The notes under the pieces are model-generated. The model was given only the letters and a program-made list of their open reading frames with translations. It was not told the origin of the DNA and searched no databases. Position numbers and translations under genes: made by a program. A stretch of DNA of 64,000 nt from Glaucostegus cemiculus (taxonomy: Eukaryota), in contig CDPCPM010000280.1 in the NCBI GenBank assembly GCA_976551045.1, forward strand, positions 1,054,001 through 1,118,000. Direction: 5' to 3'. Shown piece by piece: positions 12,186-26,588 of this stretch. Numbering within the stretch: the first letter of the stretch is position 1; every line of letters begins with the position of its first letter.

Positions 12186-13785
12186 TTCTTTACAGCTCAA
12201 TTCAGTAGGCACTGTCAAGTAGCTCTTTCTCCCTGGCTCTTTTATTTTTATAATCAATTAAGCTCTTCAAAGAAATTTTTTTAAAACCACACTCTTTGTA
12301 TTGTGATTTTCCTTCTGGGTTTGCTCCCAGCAGTATCCTTGAGATTAGTCTTAAATTTCTGGAGACACCACAGCAGGATAACACTGGGGAGGTGGTTTGC
12401 TAAGGCAGCCTGGTCAGTCCTGCCAAAATGGGGAGGCCATTGTTGTGAGTTTTTCCTTAATTGGCCTGTGATGACCTTTGCCAAGATCCAGGAGCTAGGT
12501 AAACGAATCTGTGAAAGGCGCACAAGATCAACGGTGCTATACGTTGTTGCTTTTGTTCTCCTCAACTTTGGACTCTGCCTCATTTATTTCCACATTGCAA
12601 GCAGTATGTGCTTAAAATAATGTAATATAAGAGAGAAGGGAATAAAAGTGTTACAGAGCAAAGGCAATGGAAATCAAGAGAAACAGAATTGAAAGCAAGG
12701 TATTGTGATAAGAACAGATTTAAGGTCATTGGCAAAAAAGGAAGAAATTAGGATTTTTTGAATAGGAGGGTTTTGATTTAGAATTCATAGTCTTGACTGG
12801 TAATGGAAGGAGATTCAGTAGTTATATTCCATAAGGTATTGAAATTAAAGACTTGCAGGGTAGTGGGGAATGAGTGAAGGAGTGGGACAAATTCACTAGA
12901 TCTCTGAAAAATCCAACATTTGTGCATTTAATCAAAAGGCCTCATTTTATGAATTAGTTAAAAAAATCTTGAGGCTGGGAATAGCCATTGGCCAATATTA
13001 GCAGGATTAACAACGGGGTAGAAATTTGTCTCAGCCTTTATTCCTTTGACTCTCTGGTGTAATCCATAGTTCTGAGTTATTAGTAGAACAGCTTTCCTTG
13101 GTTTAAAAAAAATGAAAAGCCATGAACTTGCAAAGCTCAGTCATTCTTTCCAAAGTTCCACAGTGATGATAGATGATGTGAACCGTTAGTCTTAAATCCA
13201 AACAAGCAACAGACTAGCAACAGAAGCCAGAAATCAAGAACAAAATGTGACACATAACACATTGACATCCACAAAGGCTCTACCCTTGTGACTTTCCATG
13301 AGAATGATAGAATGACAGCACAAAAAGAGACCATTTAGCATGTCATTCTTCTGGGTGGTCCTTGGGGCCAGAGTTAGTTGATATCTATAGTAAAACAAAG
13401 CATAACCTGCTATCTTGCTCCAGTGTTACTGAGTTTCTGAGTATGTTCTTACTGATCTGTGCATGTGAAAATCATCATCAACATCCCTAGCCAGATTGCC
13501 ACTGGAGGGGAAGAAAGGAAGTCCTTGTTGATATATAATTTCTGCCAAAAAAACAGGTGTCGTGCAGAGCAACATTGGTGCTGATAGTTTTGGAGGAGTC
13601 CTTGTTCCCAGATCACCAATGCTTCTGTTGAGTGGAATTGAATCTAAAAATAGGAGGGAGGGATGGAGGGTGAAATGGCATCACCTTGCCTCAAAATTTG
13701 AAGTGTTGAAACCTGCCTTTGGTCTGATAATTGATGGTACATTTGGTTTGCTAATAGCTTTTTGGTATTGTTTTGCTGTTCTAAG

Positions 13786-13816
13786 CCCCCTGGTGGACCG
13801 TAGACTGTACAAGAGG
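13786..13816 (+). CDS. CAMTA1: CAMTA1 31-nt alternative cassette exon ((S)PLVDRRLYKR), frame-switching
   Basis: gttctaag|CCCCCTGGTGGACCGTAGACTGTACAAGAGG|gtgagt; matches human SPLVDHRLYKR; phase 2 in, phase 0 out. Confidence 0.93.
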
Positions 13817-15689
13817 GTGAGTGTAGCCTTCTGCTGGCCAGCTTCTCTCTATTTCTGCTTGGTGCCTGCTTGCATGAGGCTGCAGCCTAACCTGCCAATT
13901 CTCCCGTTTGTTGCCTATAAATAAACTAACACTCAACACAATACTAACAAATCTGCTTCTTAAAAATACAATTTTTGTTTTATAGACATATATATAGTTA
14001 TATATATGGTAAATGATTTCAGCAATTATTTTTAATGCATGATCTAGAATGACACTTGCGATGAATTGTGGAATGCTGGATGGTGTGAAATGCATCCAGG
14101 AATTATCCAATAAAAATGTTTAACTTGGAACTTATTTGGCTCATGGGAATTGACACCAAGGTTTTAAGGAAAGGCAAAAGTCAAGCAAAACCAGCTGGAT
14201 TCAGTCATAGACTGGAAGTGTACACTTCCTGGCTCTAACCATATTAACTCTGACCCTTCTGCAGTGATCGTGAAGGATTATTGGAGCCAGACTGGATGGA
14301 GTCTGATGGAGACCCAGAGTCCCATTGGGAACCTGATATTCTATAGGGGGGCCTTAAACTATCTGAAGACCGAGATAAAATGAAGTCTGTGACCTTCAGC
14401 ACATTTCAATCTTAGTTTAGTTCTGAATACCCTTCCATCCCTCCCCACTTCCCATGCAAGCTGTGGGGGGCAAGGTCGCACCACACTGTCATAAGAGCTG
14501 ATGTCATTCTGACACAGCCTTATTTTAAGGACGATGTCCCAGAAAGAGCGCAGGCAGGTCAGTATCTGCCATGAACTGCATGAAGTAAACAGTGGACAGA
14601 TTACACCTGACCTGTCTTTTATTTCACAAGTGTCCAGCAGAGATTGTTCAGGTCTCTCTCACTTCCTCAGAAAACACAGCTTAAACTGCCTGATCCTTCT
14701 TTATATTATGTTATAAAGGCAAGTCAGTATGCTTACAAAGCCTTTTATGGGATTTATGGTCCTGATTCAGGGACCCAGAACCAGCTACAAAGGTTCACAG
14801 TTCAAATATATAACATGGCCTAGATGCAAAGTAGAGTTGCTCTAGCTTTCCAGCACTGTGATATTGTCCCAAACTTAAATTGTCCCTATTCTACCAATGT
14901 GACATTAAACCATTTATCAGTGAGGCTACAGGATGGGCATGCTAATTTAAAAGGTAGGGCTCTGTCATTAGGAAGTAGAGTGAAAAGGGCGAGGGTAGGA
15001 TATTTTATAGCCAGCAGTCCATAATTGAGGAACGTCGCACTTTATTTGCAGTCTGGTCTGATTTCAGGGTTGAACGAATAGGATGCTCACCAATGACTCC
15101 AGCCCTGACTACCAGCCTGGCCCACTCCTGCCAGTTCTCACCTTGATTATTGAGAACATTTTCCTCCTTCTTGGATTGAATACGACACTTGCTGATGTCT
15201 AGTTGGCTCCCTCCCTGGAGCCTATTACGCCCATTGACCATGTGTGCCTTTTCGCTATTGGATAAACCTCACCTGTGTTCACCATCATATTTACCTGGTG
15301 GGAGGGGTAAACTGGTAAAAATAGAGGCACCTTTCTCAAGTGGCATTCAGATTTGTTTTCTTGCTATTATCTAGTAACGATTAAGTTTGAAGAAAGCAGC
15401 CCTTAATTCCTTAATTATCACAATCCATTGAAATTCCTGGCCCTGCTAGAAATGATATCCACTTATTGGTTAATAAAATATCTAGTTATTTGTAAATAAC
15501 TTCTAAATTCAGAAGCACCTGCCTGGCATCAAGTGGGGTTCCTGGAGTTTCATGCTTTAATTTTCATTGCGTGTCAGTGGTTACAGATGATATTGGAGAG
15601 CCAGCATGTTACCTCCATTGTTCCTTGTAACTTCAGCACTGAGGCAAAAATAACACATTATTCACAAAAAGGAAGGAGATAGTGGTAAC

Positions 15690-17290
15690 ATAATATAGAA
15701 GCATAGTGGCCATTCAAGCCTGCTTCACCAATCAGTACCATTATGATTGATCATTTATCTCAATACCATATTCCCACTCTCTCCCTCTGCCTCTTGACAT
15801 CATTTATCTACTGTCATTTAGCTACCTCCATCTTAAAAACATTCAGTGACTTGGCCTCTACAGCCCTCTGAGGTAATGAATTCCATGGGCTCATCACACT
15901 GCAGAAATTTCTTCCTATCTCTGTTCTAAATCTCTTCCCCTGAAATCTGAGATTATGACCCCATGTTCTTGATACCACATCCAGTCTGTCCAGTCATGTC
16001 TGAATTTTGTATATTTTCATTACATCCCATCTCATTCTTCTTAGCATAATGAATATAAAAACTAATCTTTCCTCACATTGCACTCCTGCCATTCCAGGAA
16101 TCAGTTCAGTGACTCTTTGCTGCACCCTCTATGGTAACTATATCCTTTGCTAGGTGGTGAGACCAAAGCAGCACACAGTACCCCTTGTGGTCACATCAAG
16201 GCCCTGTAAAATTATGGCAAGACATTCCAGCTCCTGTACTCAATTCCCCTTGCTTTGAAGGCAATCATTCATGTGCCTTCTTAACTGCCTGTTTCACCTG
16301 CATATCCACTCTCAGTAACCAGTGTGCACTTCGTACATTAACTCCTCCCAAACTAAATAAAATAATATGCTGCGATTCTGCCTTCCCGAACAAAGTGGAT
16401 AACTTCCATCCACGTTTTGCTGCATCTGCCATGTTTTGGCCCTCTGGATTGATCTAAGTCACCTTAAAGCGTCTGCATTCTCCTCAGAGTTCATATTCTT
16501 ACATAGTTTACTGTCGTCAGCAAACTTTGAAATGTTACATTTGGGTCCCTCATTCAAATCATTGGCGTGCTACAGGCGACACAGTGACACCACTGCCTCA
16601 CAGCTCCAGTGGCCCAGGTTCCATCCTGACCTCAGGTGCTGTCTGTTTGAAATTTACATGTTCTCCCAGGGAGCCCCTGAGTGCTCTGATATCCTTGCAC
16701 ATGCCAAAGGTGTGATGATTGGTAATTTAATTGGCTGCTGTCAGTTACCCTTTGTGTAGCTGAGTGGTAGGAAAATCAGGGGGAACTAATGGGCATATGA
16801 GAAAGAATAGGCCACAGGGAAATCAGTGGAGGAAATGGAATGATGGGATTGCACTGAAAGCTGCCATAGACTTAATGGGACAAATAGCCTATATCACAAG
16901 GAACTATAACTGTAAAATAGCACATCTCCAAGGTCTGATCCCAATGAAACTCAACTACTTACTTCCACCCCACATAATATCCATTCCAACTCTCTCTGTT
17001 CTGTCAACTAATTTTCAATCTGTAAAGTATATTACCACCAAAACCATGTTCTTTACTTTAGCACACTAACTTTTAGGTGGGACACTTCAAAAGATTTCTG
17101 AAAATCCAAATATGGCACCTCTACTGGTTCTCCCGTATCTATTTTCAAAAATAACTCCAGTTGGTTTGTCAAGCACAATTTCCCTTTCAGAAATCCATGT
17201 TGACATGTGAAATCCCATTGATAATTGCAAGGTATCCTGTTATCTCATCCTTTATATTGGCCTCTCGTACTTTCCCCAGTACTGACAATG
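15690..17290 (-). mobile_element. Decayed CR1 LINE (about 1.3 kb) interrupted by a SINE
   Basis: Reverse-complement CR1 3' tail at 15690; tgtcgtcagcaaact (KFADD) near 16520; RT remnants resume after 16910. Confidence 0.75.
16573..16905 (+). mobile_element. HE1-like V-SINE (tRNA-derived)
   Basis: ctgcctcacagctccagtggcccaggttccatcctgacctcaggtgctgtctgtttgaaatttacatgttctccc shows a tRNA head plus V-domain; CR1-like tail. Confidence 0.75.
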
Positions 17291-20200
17291 AGTCACCCTC
17301 CCAGCCTTTAACTGTCTGAGCCATTAAACTACTGGGTTAGCATGCATGGTATTGTTTACATTATGATGGCTTGCTTTTTCTGAAACTCCCTAAAACCTTG
17401 GTGTTTTCTCCCATGAGCCAGCCCACAAAGGGGCACTGCCAATGCACTAGTTCACCATGAGGTTTTCCTGTCTTAGCAGACCCATGAATTACCCAGTTTG
17501 GAATGACTGCATGCATGCAAATGGCTGATGTTACAGGCTAAAATCAGAATTGTTGGTAGTTTTTAAAGCTGCATTATATTATAGAAAAGTATTGGTTTTT
17601 ACCCAGCAAATTACCAAAAAGAATGTTTCTGTCTGCCACCTTCAACAGCACCACAAAACCCCTGCTCCAACCCACCACTCTACTTCACTTCACTTTGAGT
17701 TCCGGCTTGCACACCTCAGAGGTTTTCAACAGCAGCTGTGGGGGCTTGCCCTCATAGTGATTTACATTAGTGTCCTGGTGGGTACTACAGCAACATTTTG
17801 AAAGACCCACCAAATTGAAAGTATTAATGATTACACAGCACAACAATTGCCATGCATCTCTCAAGCATCTTTAGTATAACAGGATGGCCCAAGGCACAGG
17901 AGCATTTTCAGGCAAAATTTGACACCCTAACCAATGTAACTACAGCCTCCGAGAGAACGAGCTAGTATTTTTCCAAAGAACTGCCAACCTACTGTTAATT
18001 GCCACAGAAGTAAGTGTATAATTGATCTGTCCTGTAATCATTTAGAACCACTTACCCAGATAACGTAGTTAAGCAATGGCCTTTAAAGGTCAGGCAGATT
18101 AAACTTGGCTTCATTTTAGCAACTATGAACAATTCTACTGGAGTTCAGTCTGATCCACTTTGACTGTTGGGAGGGCAACAGAAGAGCTCCTCCTCTTTAC
18201 TGCTTGTCCACCTCGCCCACTGACACAGCTGAGAAAGCTCCATTCATTCTCCTCCACTGGTACTTCCCACTCTGAATCAGCACGAGTGTGAAGCAACACT
18301 GTTACATTAAGTGTTCATTGATTCAGTCGTCTTCACCATAATGATTTTTTTTTACTTTGATTCCACTAGTATTGATACTGCCATGATTATTGCTTTCCTA
18401 AATGTCCTCTTATTTCTCTTGTCCTCCATAAAACCCTTTTGTACCTACATCCTCATTCAGTTGAAATTAAGGGATAACTTCAGCTAAATCTAATGGGATA
18501 GGGTCAGCTTGTTTGCTGCTTTCCTGTAAGCAAGAGTTAGATTAAAATGACTCTTCCTAAAACTTGTTACATTATCTTTCTTCCTATCTTCTCGAAATTC
18601 TCTCACTTTCTCCATGCTCCTATAACCTACAGACAGCTGAAACCCATTTGTTTTGACTCTCCCCACCCTCCCCAAAACAGAAGAAGCTACTGCCTGTACT
18701 TCATGTAAGGATGTGCCTATTTAGTTCTGTTCGTCACAAAATCATGAGCAATAAACTTGGCACAGCTCTAGCAGCCGACTGTCACAACCCTGTTCTTGGC
18801 ACGAAATGTCACGATTGCACAGCTAATTGATTTCACTTCTTGATTAAACCCAGCTTTCCTCCTAGTTCATTACTCGTCTCTTACAGCAGGGTCCTTAGCC
18901 CATGAACACAAAAAATGGCCTCTTGACGCTTATCAGTAGACTTCTGCATGCACTATTTCTTTTATATAATAGATTGCAGCTTTAAACAAGTGATTGAAAG
19001 ATTGCTCAAAGTACACAATATTATAGTAGTTCATCATCTTATTTGGATCACATAAGTTGTGATTAAATGATACTGCTCAGAAATATTAATGGGACAACAT
19101 GATTTCTATTGATGTGCAATCAATAGTGTGTGATATGCAGAAATATATAATCATATTATGTCATGTGTGAGCTGGGCTGTTGCTGTGAATTTTCAGTCTT
19201 GTTGCATCTCTACACTGCCACTAATATTTTTAAGTGCCTATAGCCATGATGTTTACTGAATGCACATTGGGGTTGGGGGAGAGTAGTTACTGTAAAGTCC
19301 TGGGTCATATTGGGGAGGAGTTACCTGTGTGGCAATATCCTGTGTAGGTTATTTTCTAAGTACACTTATGGAGCCATAAATCACACTGAATGATGCAACC
19401 CTTCTGCTCTTATTGCCGTAACCCATGCCAAATGGCATCTGAGGCCCAAACATGCTAAGACGTCTAGCCTGGGTTTAAGGCTTATGAATTGAATGAAATG
19501 TATGAATTTGAACCAAATTTAAAGGTTGCGCTGAGACCCAGGCCCATCATTTGTGGAGAAATTTGTCTTTGATTCCCAGTGCCAACTGTATATAAGAATG
19601 TTGGCCATCAAATGCATTCCATTTAACTCAATGGAACCAAATATTTGGAGGCAAGAATGATGGAATGCTACTGCCCTCATGTGTGTTTAGCGCAGGCAGT
19701 CTCAAGATCCCCAGGGATTGCTGGATCTCATAATTCTGTTCAATGGGAGTCAGCAAATTGCCACAGCTGATGATACAGACCAGTGAGAAAAGAGGCTGCC
19801 TTCTGCAGAGTGTGGAAATGGAAGTATTTTAAATACTAGCCTGTCACCCCATTTGGAACAAAAATCACAGCACAACAGTAGAGAGCTGTGTACTATCTCC
19901 CTCAGGGAAAAGATTTTAACATTTATGAGTTGTGGCTGTCACCATAGGTGATGAGCAATGATTATGCACTGCTCTGAATTTAAATCTGTAAGGGATAAGT
20001 TGCACCAAACATGAATCTTTGCGCGACAGGGGCTCCTGCTGGGAATTTATGTGTAGGTGCTTGGGTCCAAGTGTTCTTCTGTCCGCTAGTAGCTGAGCTC
20101 CATGCCTGTTTTCAATCCTGTAATGTGAATCTATACATTGAAAAGACTGAATCTTAATACTGCAGCATCATCCCTGATCTGGATTGTTGTCTGAATGTGC

Positions 20201-23049
20201 AAAACACACATAAAAGGTAGACGTCTGCCACCAGCCTAATGCTGTTGAATAGCAAGGAAACCATGCACGGTTGGTCTTACACCTTCTTGCTGGAAACATG
20301 CATTTACCAGTTTTGCACTTTCATTTTCAAATACAAATGATTGGCAGGCTTGAAAGTTAAATTCAATTCTGATAAGTTAGTACATTATAGCACTAACGAG
20401 TCACTAAATTATTAATTGCCAACACATATGTAATGACTGGAGTCAGCTAGGTGTCAATAAAATTCATTGTTTTTCCTCAATAACGTTAGTACTCTACCAC
20501 ATGGGTAATTTATTTGTACAGAGCCATTTACTTGCTTGCCTTAAATGGGTCAAGCCACTTGCGAAATGGCAGACAAAATATTTTTTTTCTGAATGCATTG
20601 ATGGTTGGTGCAATGTTACAATCACAGTGGAATTTCCAGGCTCTTGAGGTTGACTGAATTGTTAAATAAGGTCTTGAATTAATGAGCAAGCCCAAGCAAC
20701 TTGATAGTGCATTTTGGAAAAAAAATGGTAACTGTTTGTTGCAGGCTAAGGTACAGGGCTTTAGGGAGGGAGTGGGCAGTAAGAAAAGTTCATGATTCCC
20801 CTACTAAAAGCTGGCAGAGGGGTTTGTTGCATGTGCTAGTATCACAAGGAGTGATTTCAAGCCCTTGAAGACTGCGTTATTCAAGAATCTTGTTGCTGTC
20901 TATTCAGCTGATTTAATTTGCAACAAACTAACTTAATCAGTTGCTCGAGGTCAGTGTTGGATGAAGCAGCTGTCTTTTGGACATGGAAATTGAACCAGAT
21001 CATTCTTGTCTGCTGCCCCTAGTATGAGTTTGAAATTTTAACTGGTCATGATATTATATTGAAGGCACAACTGGACAATTGCAACTTGAGGAAAGGTTTT
21101 GCTCCCCACCCTGTATTGTTTTGCTGACTCGTTTTCTGTTCTTGCTAAAGACCAATTTCATCCCTTCCAAGTTTTAATCAGTAACTTAGCACATTATGAT
21201 TTATTGCAATATAACAATTATACTTCATTAATTCCAAATGTTCTGTGTATTCAGAGGGTAATTCCTTGATTAATAGTTGCCCACCTGACACAACTAAGCT
21301 ATAACATGGGTTTCCTCGTATTAAAGACCAACCCTTCACTATCTCATCTGCAGTTCTCCGTCCTTCTCTTCTTCTCCTCCACAAGGACTGTGTCTCTACA
21401 TTTCAACCCCTGTGAAGAGGCAAGCTCTGTGTTTGAGCACAGTATTAAAAAGAAAACCTGTTTGAGGATGTTTGAGTTGCTCAGAAGACCTGGCTTTTGG
21501 TACATTGAGAGAGTTTTGAAACTAAAAGCTTTGAAGACAACCTAATCACCCCTCAGCACAGAAGACCAACCAGTGGGGAGGAAGAAACTAGCCTGCTCAG
21601 GCTAATCTTTTCTCACAGATCAAGGAACAGTAGGAGGTCATTCATCCCTCAAGCCTGTTCCATCAGTCAGTTAGATCCTGGCCCATCTATATCTATCCAC
21701 CTTTGCTCCATATCCCTGATGCTCTTGCCAGACGAAAGAAAAAGGCAATCAAATTCAGACTTGAAATCCTTCATTTTTGTCATTATCCAAATCCTTTTTG
21801 ATGAGCCACCAATAATCTGTATTGTGGAAACATCTTTCCTCATTTCCTGACTGAATGGCCTCTTTGAAAATGTAAATGCAAACCACCATGTCTAATGCCA
21901 GCCTGGGACTTGAATGAGAATTTGAGGACATCCTAATAATTTGCCCTCAAAGTGCTGCTATCCAACCAGAAGAGAATCAGTGGTTATGTGAACGTCCAGA
22001 GCCCCGTCTTCAAAATACTGATAACCCACAGTGCCCCCGTGATTGCAATTTCAACTAAATATAATGGACCACTTCAGATCCTTGTTAACCGCTTCTTGAC
22101 CGACAGTAGCTGATGGCTAATATAGATTCTTGGGAAAGGAAATCCAGAAGACAACATGAGAGAAAACTCAATAGAGTTTTGGAGATAATATCAGGACACC
22201 ACAGCTGACCTTATCTCGATTAAGTCCCTGTATAGTGACCAACCAATAAAGCCCATGACTACCAGTTTTAGGATTACTGGTGGAAGGTTAACCATTCAGG
22301 TTGAGCAGTCAGTGCACTGATGCTACTGCAGAATGAATCCTAGAAACTATTTCAGGGTATATCTGGTCCCATGGGCAGCTTGCTTAATTGCCTAAGTGTC
22401 AACAACACTGTCTCTAGGTAGAGTTCCATGAAACCTTGCTTTGAGAGGCTTGGTAAAATCAGAACTATTAAAATTCCGGAAGGGTAAAAATTATGGAGAT
22501 ATGGGGAAGAGTAAGAAAGTGAGGCAAAACTAATTGCTGTTTGAAAGAGCTGGTACCCAGTCAATGGACGGAGTGATCCTGTGAAAATGAGCTTTGGAGC
22601 GAGGAGGAAAAGCAGTATGGTGTGAAAAGCAACTATGTCCTCTCATGTTTGAAGGTTGAGGAGAAAGTTTAGTTTGTGTTTGGAATCATTTACTCTAGCT
22701 AATCACCTCCCTGAAGAAGTTCAGTCTATAACATTTAAAATGTAGGTTAAGCAGAAGAACTGGGGTTCTGGGGGATTGCAATGTTACCTAATGCTCTGCA
22801 GCTTTTGGTCTGATGCCATCATTAGCTTCACTCAATCAGATGTCGGAGTTTTGTGAACATTCTGCACTGAAGAAAATGCTGAGGCTCAAATTCAGTTGGG
22901 ATCTGAAAATACTTTATCCAGATGCTGTATTCCTTGGGGATTCTTAATCCTTTGGATCCTTCCATTGCATCTGATAAATATGTTGGCTGGTCAGAACAGC
23001 AGAGATGTTCCATTTTGTTCCAACTGCAAATTCACCTAGGTTTTTGGTG

Positions 23050-23265
23050 GACATAGAACAGGACAACACAGGCAAGGCCATTTGGCCTATGATGTCTGTG
23101 CCAACCGTGCCGATTTTAACTCATCTTATCTGCCTGCACATGGTCTATATCCCTCCATTCCCTGTCTGTTCATGTGCCTCTCTAAATGCCTCTTAAACAT
23201 TACTATCATATCTGTTCCCACCACTTCTCCCGGCAGCGTGTTCCAGGTTCCTACCATTCTCAGTG
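23050..23265 (-). mobile_element. CR1/HER1-type LINE 3' tail
   Basis: catagaacaggacaacacagg...accacttctcccggcagcgtgttccagg. Confidence 0.7.
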
Positions 23266-26200
23266 TAGCTCTGGGTGGACAAATGGTGATCCATTAAACT
23301 AGCAAATGATTCATGGCGAGCTACACCTCAGCTAGAGATACTTGTATTGGCAGTGCCATGTGATAATTATGTCTCAACATTTGCCCAGGAAGGAAATTTG
23401 AGGCAGAACTCTGTAATCTTCCAGAGAAATAGAGAACATAAAATCTGAATTATCTTCCAACAGGAAGCCAGAGCTTTAAGTTGAACCATTGATCTCCAGA
23501 ATATAAGGTTGCAATGTGCTTCCATAAAAGTTGGGATCCTCCAGTTCAGCTGTGCTTTGTGTTGCCAATATCGCATACTTTTCTTGATTCCCAAAGTGAC
23601 CATTTGGCAAAGGAGAAGAACACATTGTTCAATATTGACTAGAAAAACAAATTCATTGACATTCTTAGTTAATTTTTTCTTGCTAAGAAAAAGCCAAGTT
23701 ATCTCTTAAAGTGAGGTACGTTTAGTCACCTAGGCTTATTTAATGAAGAGCTTGTTCCATTTCTCCCCACCTGAAAACTTCCTTAATATTGACATGTTTA
23801 TTCTCAGCTGTGATTACCCGTTCTATTTCTTTCTTCAATTGGTTCTGACGCTTGCATTCCACTGCAACCTACTCACCCACCTTCCCCCGAAGCTCCCTCA
23901 CCTCATCCATAATTAAACACTGGGATGTTTTGTTAGGTTAAGAAAAGGTGTGATTTCTCTTCCTATTATAAAGTTCCATCCAGATTTTAAAATCTTACCA
24001 CACAGAAGAAACAGAAATGGTCCGGTGATAGTGCATTGCTCAATACCTCTTGAGATCCTTTAATGTCCATTTGCTTATGGGCACTGTCCAGCCATTTTGT
24101 GACCTCCTTTCCCCAAATTGCCTCCAAACTCTTACTCGAATACAACAATATTTAACAACTGTGCTTCATATACTGTTGCATCTCCTTGCCCTCTTGTAAT
24201 GATGAGAGGCTTGTCATCTCATGCTTAATGCTTAATCTGAAATTAAGTGGATAAAGTCCTGTATTAGGATGAGGGTAGAATTGGACTCAGCTGTGCTGTC
24301 TTCCATTGCTGAACAATTCAACATCTACATATTATTTATCAGCAACTATGGAACAGTACCTCAGCAGCAAGTCAGCACAAACGAGAGAGCTTGAAAACAA
24401 AAAAGGGAAGAGGAAGTGTGGGATGGGGGTTAGAGAGAAGGCAATGAAAACTAGTTACTGGAGATAAATGCATTAATTGCCAATATGTCACCAACTAGTC
24501 ACACAGTGAAAGATGCTCATTGACGATACCTGGGAAAAAAATTAATCTTGGAGGATATTCATTGTGGATTTACACGTGGACAACAGATGCTTTCCATTCC
24601 AAGCTTAGTGGACCCGGAGCTTCCTTTAATCAATAGAGCCCCATGTGAGAAAGCCCTACACCTGCACTAAAGCATATGAACAAGGCTGAGCTTCGGCCAC
24701 TGTAAAATTGTAATCTGAATTGCGCAACCAAGTTAAAGCTGCAGCTGACATCTGGTGATCCAGTTTCTCACAACACTGACAGTCCCCCACAATTGAACCT
24801 GGAAGTGTGCAGATAGACACGGCAGTCTGCCAGCTTTTTTTGAAGTGGTATTGGGTGAAAGTGAACCCAGAAAGGGAGGTGAAAATCTTTACTTGGGGGT
24901 TACTGAGTGACATTATAGAGATGACCATTTACATCTGGGATTATGAAAACCTTGTTTGTGAAATAGTTGTTTGGGGTCCCCTTCACTGAAAGGTTGGCTC
25001 AGTGTGTAGAGGCTGGGTCCAAACTGGGCTACAGTGTTAGAAAATCTAGTTTCAGATCTAGAGCCTTGGAATCAGCCTCCAAGTGAATATTGGGATGGAA
25101 TTTAGCAGAAGCAAAGCCATTGATGGGTTGTATGCCATTAACATGTGCTTTATTTGTCTTTTGCCTGGAAATTGCTGTGATTGGTGCATTCAAATCAAAT
25201 TTCTTTCACTGAAAATAAATTGTGGGTGTTAATCTATGTTATGTAAAAGCACTGACACCTCCATTAAATGAGGGAGTGGTGTTTTGACACAGAAGTGTAA
25301 AATGGCCTTCTATATCCTCACTGTACTTTAGTGAAATTGGTTTGTGCTGGTGGATTCACCAGGACAGATGATTGGGAAAGGATTTCTGAGACTGATGGGC
25401 TATAAAAATTGAGCTAACCATTAGCAGTCCATTAACCTTCAGCAGCCTTGTCCATTTCTTTGCTGTGCTGTGACCTGTTCCTTCACAAGCGTCAGTCATC
25501 CACACAGAAATTCAAAGAAAATTTCCTTTAAAATTAGTTCTTCAGATTAGATAAATAAACCTTTAATTCCAACACAGACTGTTTTCTGGACAAGGTTAAA
25601 ACAAAGAATTCTTTCATAGGCCTGTGTGGAACCTGGGTTTTAATCTTCCAGATTGGTGAAATGAAAGTCCCATTCTCTCCCCAGACGCTATGACACAGAA
25701 GAAATAAATGCAGACATTTTCAAGTTCCAGAATCTCAGAATGACAAGAAACACATATGTAAATCTTGTTAGTCAAATGTGATGTTGATAACCAATTCTGT
25801 AGAAATATCACTGCCACTATTTTGATAAAGGTACCAACCCAATGCGTTTGTGCCTTTCCTAAAACAAGAGGCAGAGAGATTCATCAAAGCACGTTATTAT
25901 TGGCTCAATTTCAGCAATTATAGATATAATCAGGGTCTGCAGTACTCAGAATAAGCTGGAAAATGAAGATCCCACACAGATTCAGCACCGCAAATCACTG
26001 TTGTTTACTCATGTCAACCATGTGACCTTTTTAGCAATGGATAGCACTGATCCCAATCAGCTCTGGTTCCTGTTTTGACTCACTAGGCAGCAGCTGCAGT
26101 CACGAGGAACTAACCCCATCCAAGAGCCAATTCATTCTGTCTGGTCTCTGCCTAATCAGAGACTATGTATGAATAAACAAATTCTGCATTTCAGGAAGAA

Positions 26201-26588
26201 AATAGAAAGGCAAATTATCCAGCACACAGTTAATGTCCTGTGGCTTTATCTATACCCAATATGACAACAGACACAAAAGAAACAATAAAACCAAACCAAC
26301 CAGTTCCTCTAAAACACTTTACTATGGCTATCCACAGCGCACTGGGAGGAAAGAAAACCACATTTGCTGGAGTCTTAGAGCTGAACCCTTACATACGCGG
26401 AGGGAGGTAATAATCTATTACAACTTTCCATCTCAAAACTGTACTGTCATTCTGTCACTCTGCTTGTACTTATTTGGTTGATGCTGCAAAGAGATACATT
26501 TCTGGTTGTATTGTTCTAAGAAATCTTGTTTTGTAATATGTATATTGTGGACTGACTAAGTCCAACAGTGAGCCTCAAATGTGCAGGC

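Noticed and set aside
13562-13924. 120-aa ORF as a stand-alone gene
   Set aside because: Only 13786-13816 is exonic; the rest is intron read-through
16573-16650. tRNA gene
   Set aside because: It is the decayed tRNA-derived head of a SINE, with no intact cloverleaf
2370-17290. Oppositely oriented CR1 fragments flanking the cassette exons as looping or circRNA drivers
   Set aside because: The copies are from different, strongly diverged subfamilies; I saw no extended complementarity
19767-19795. CTGATGA...GAAA hammerhead core
   Set aside because: The intervening sequence cannot form a convincing stem II
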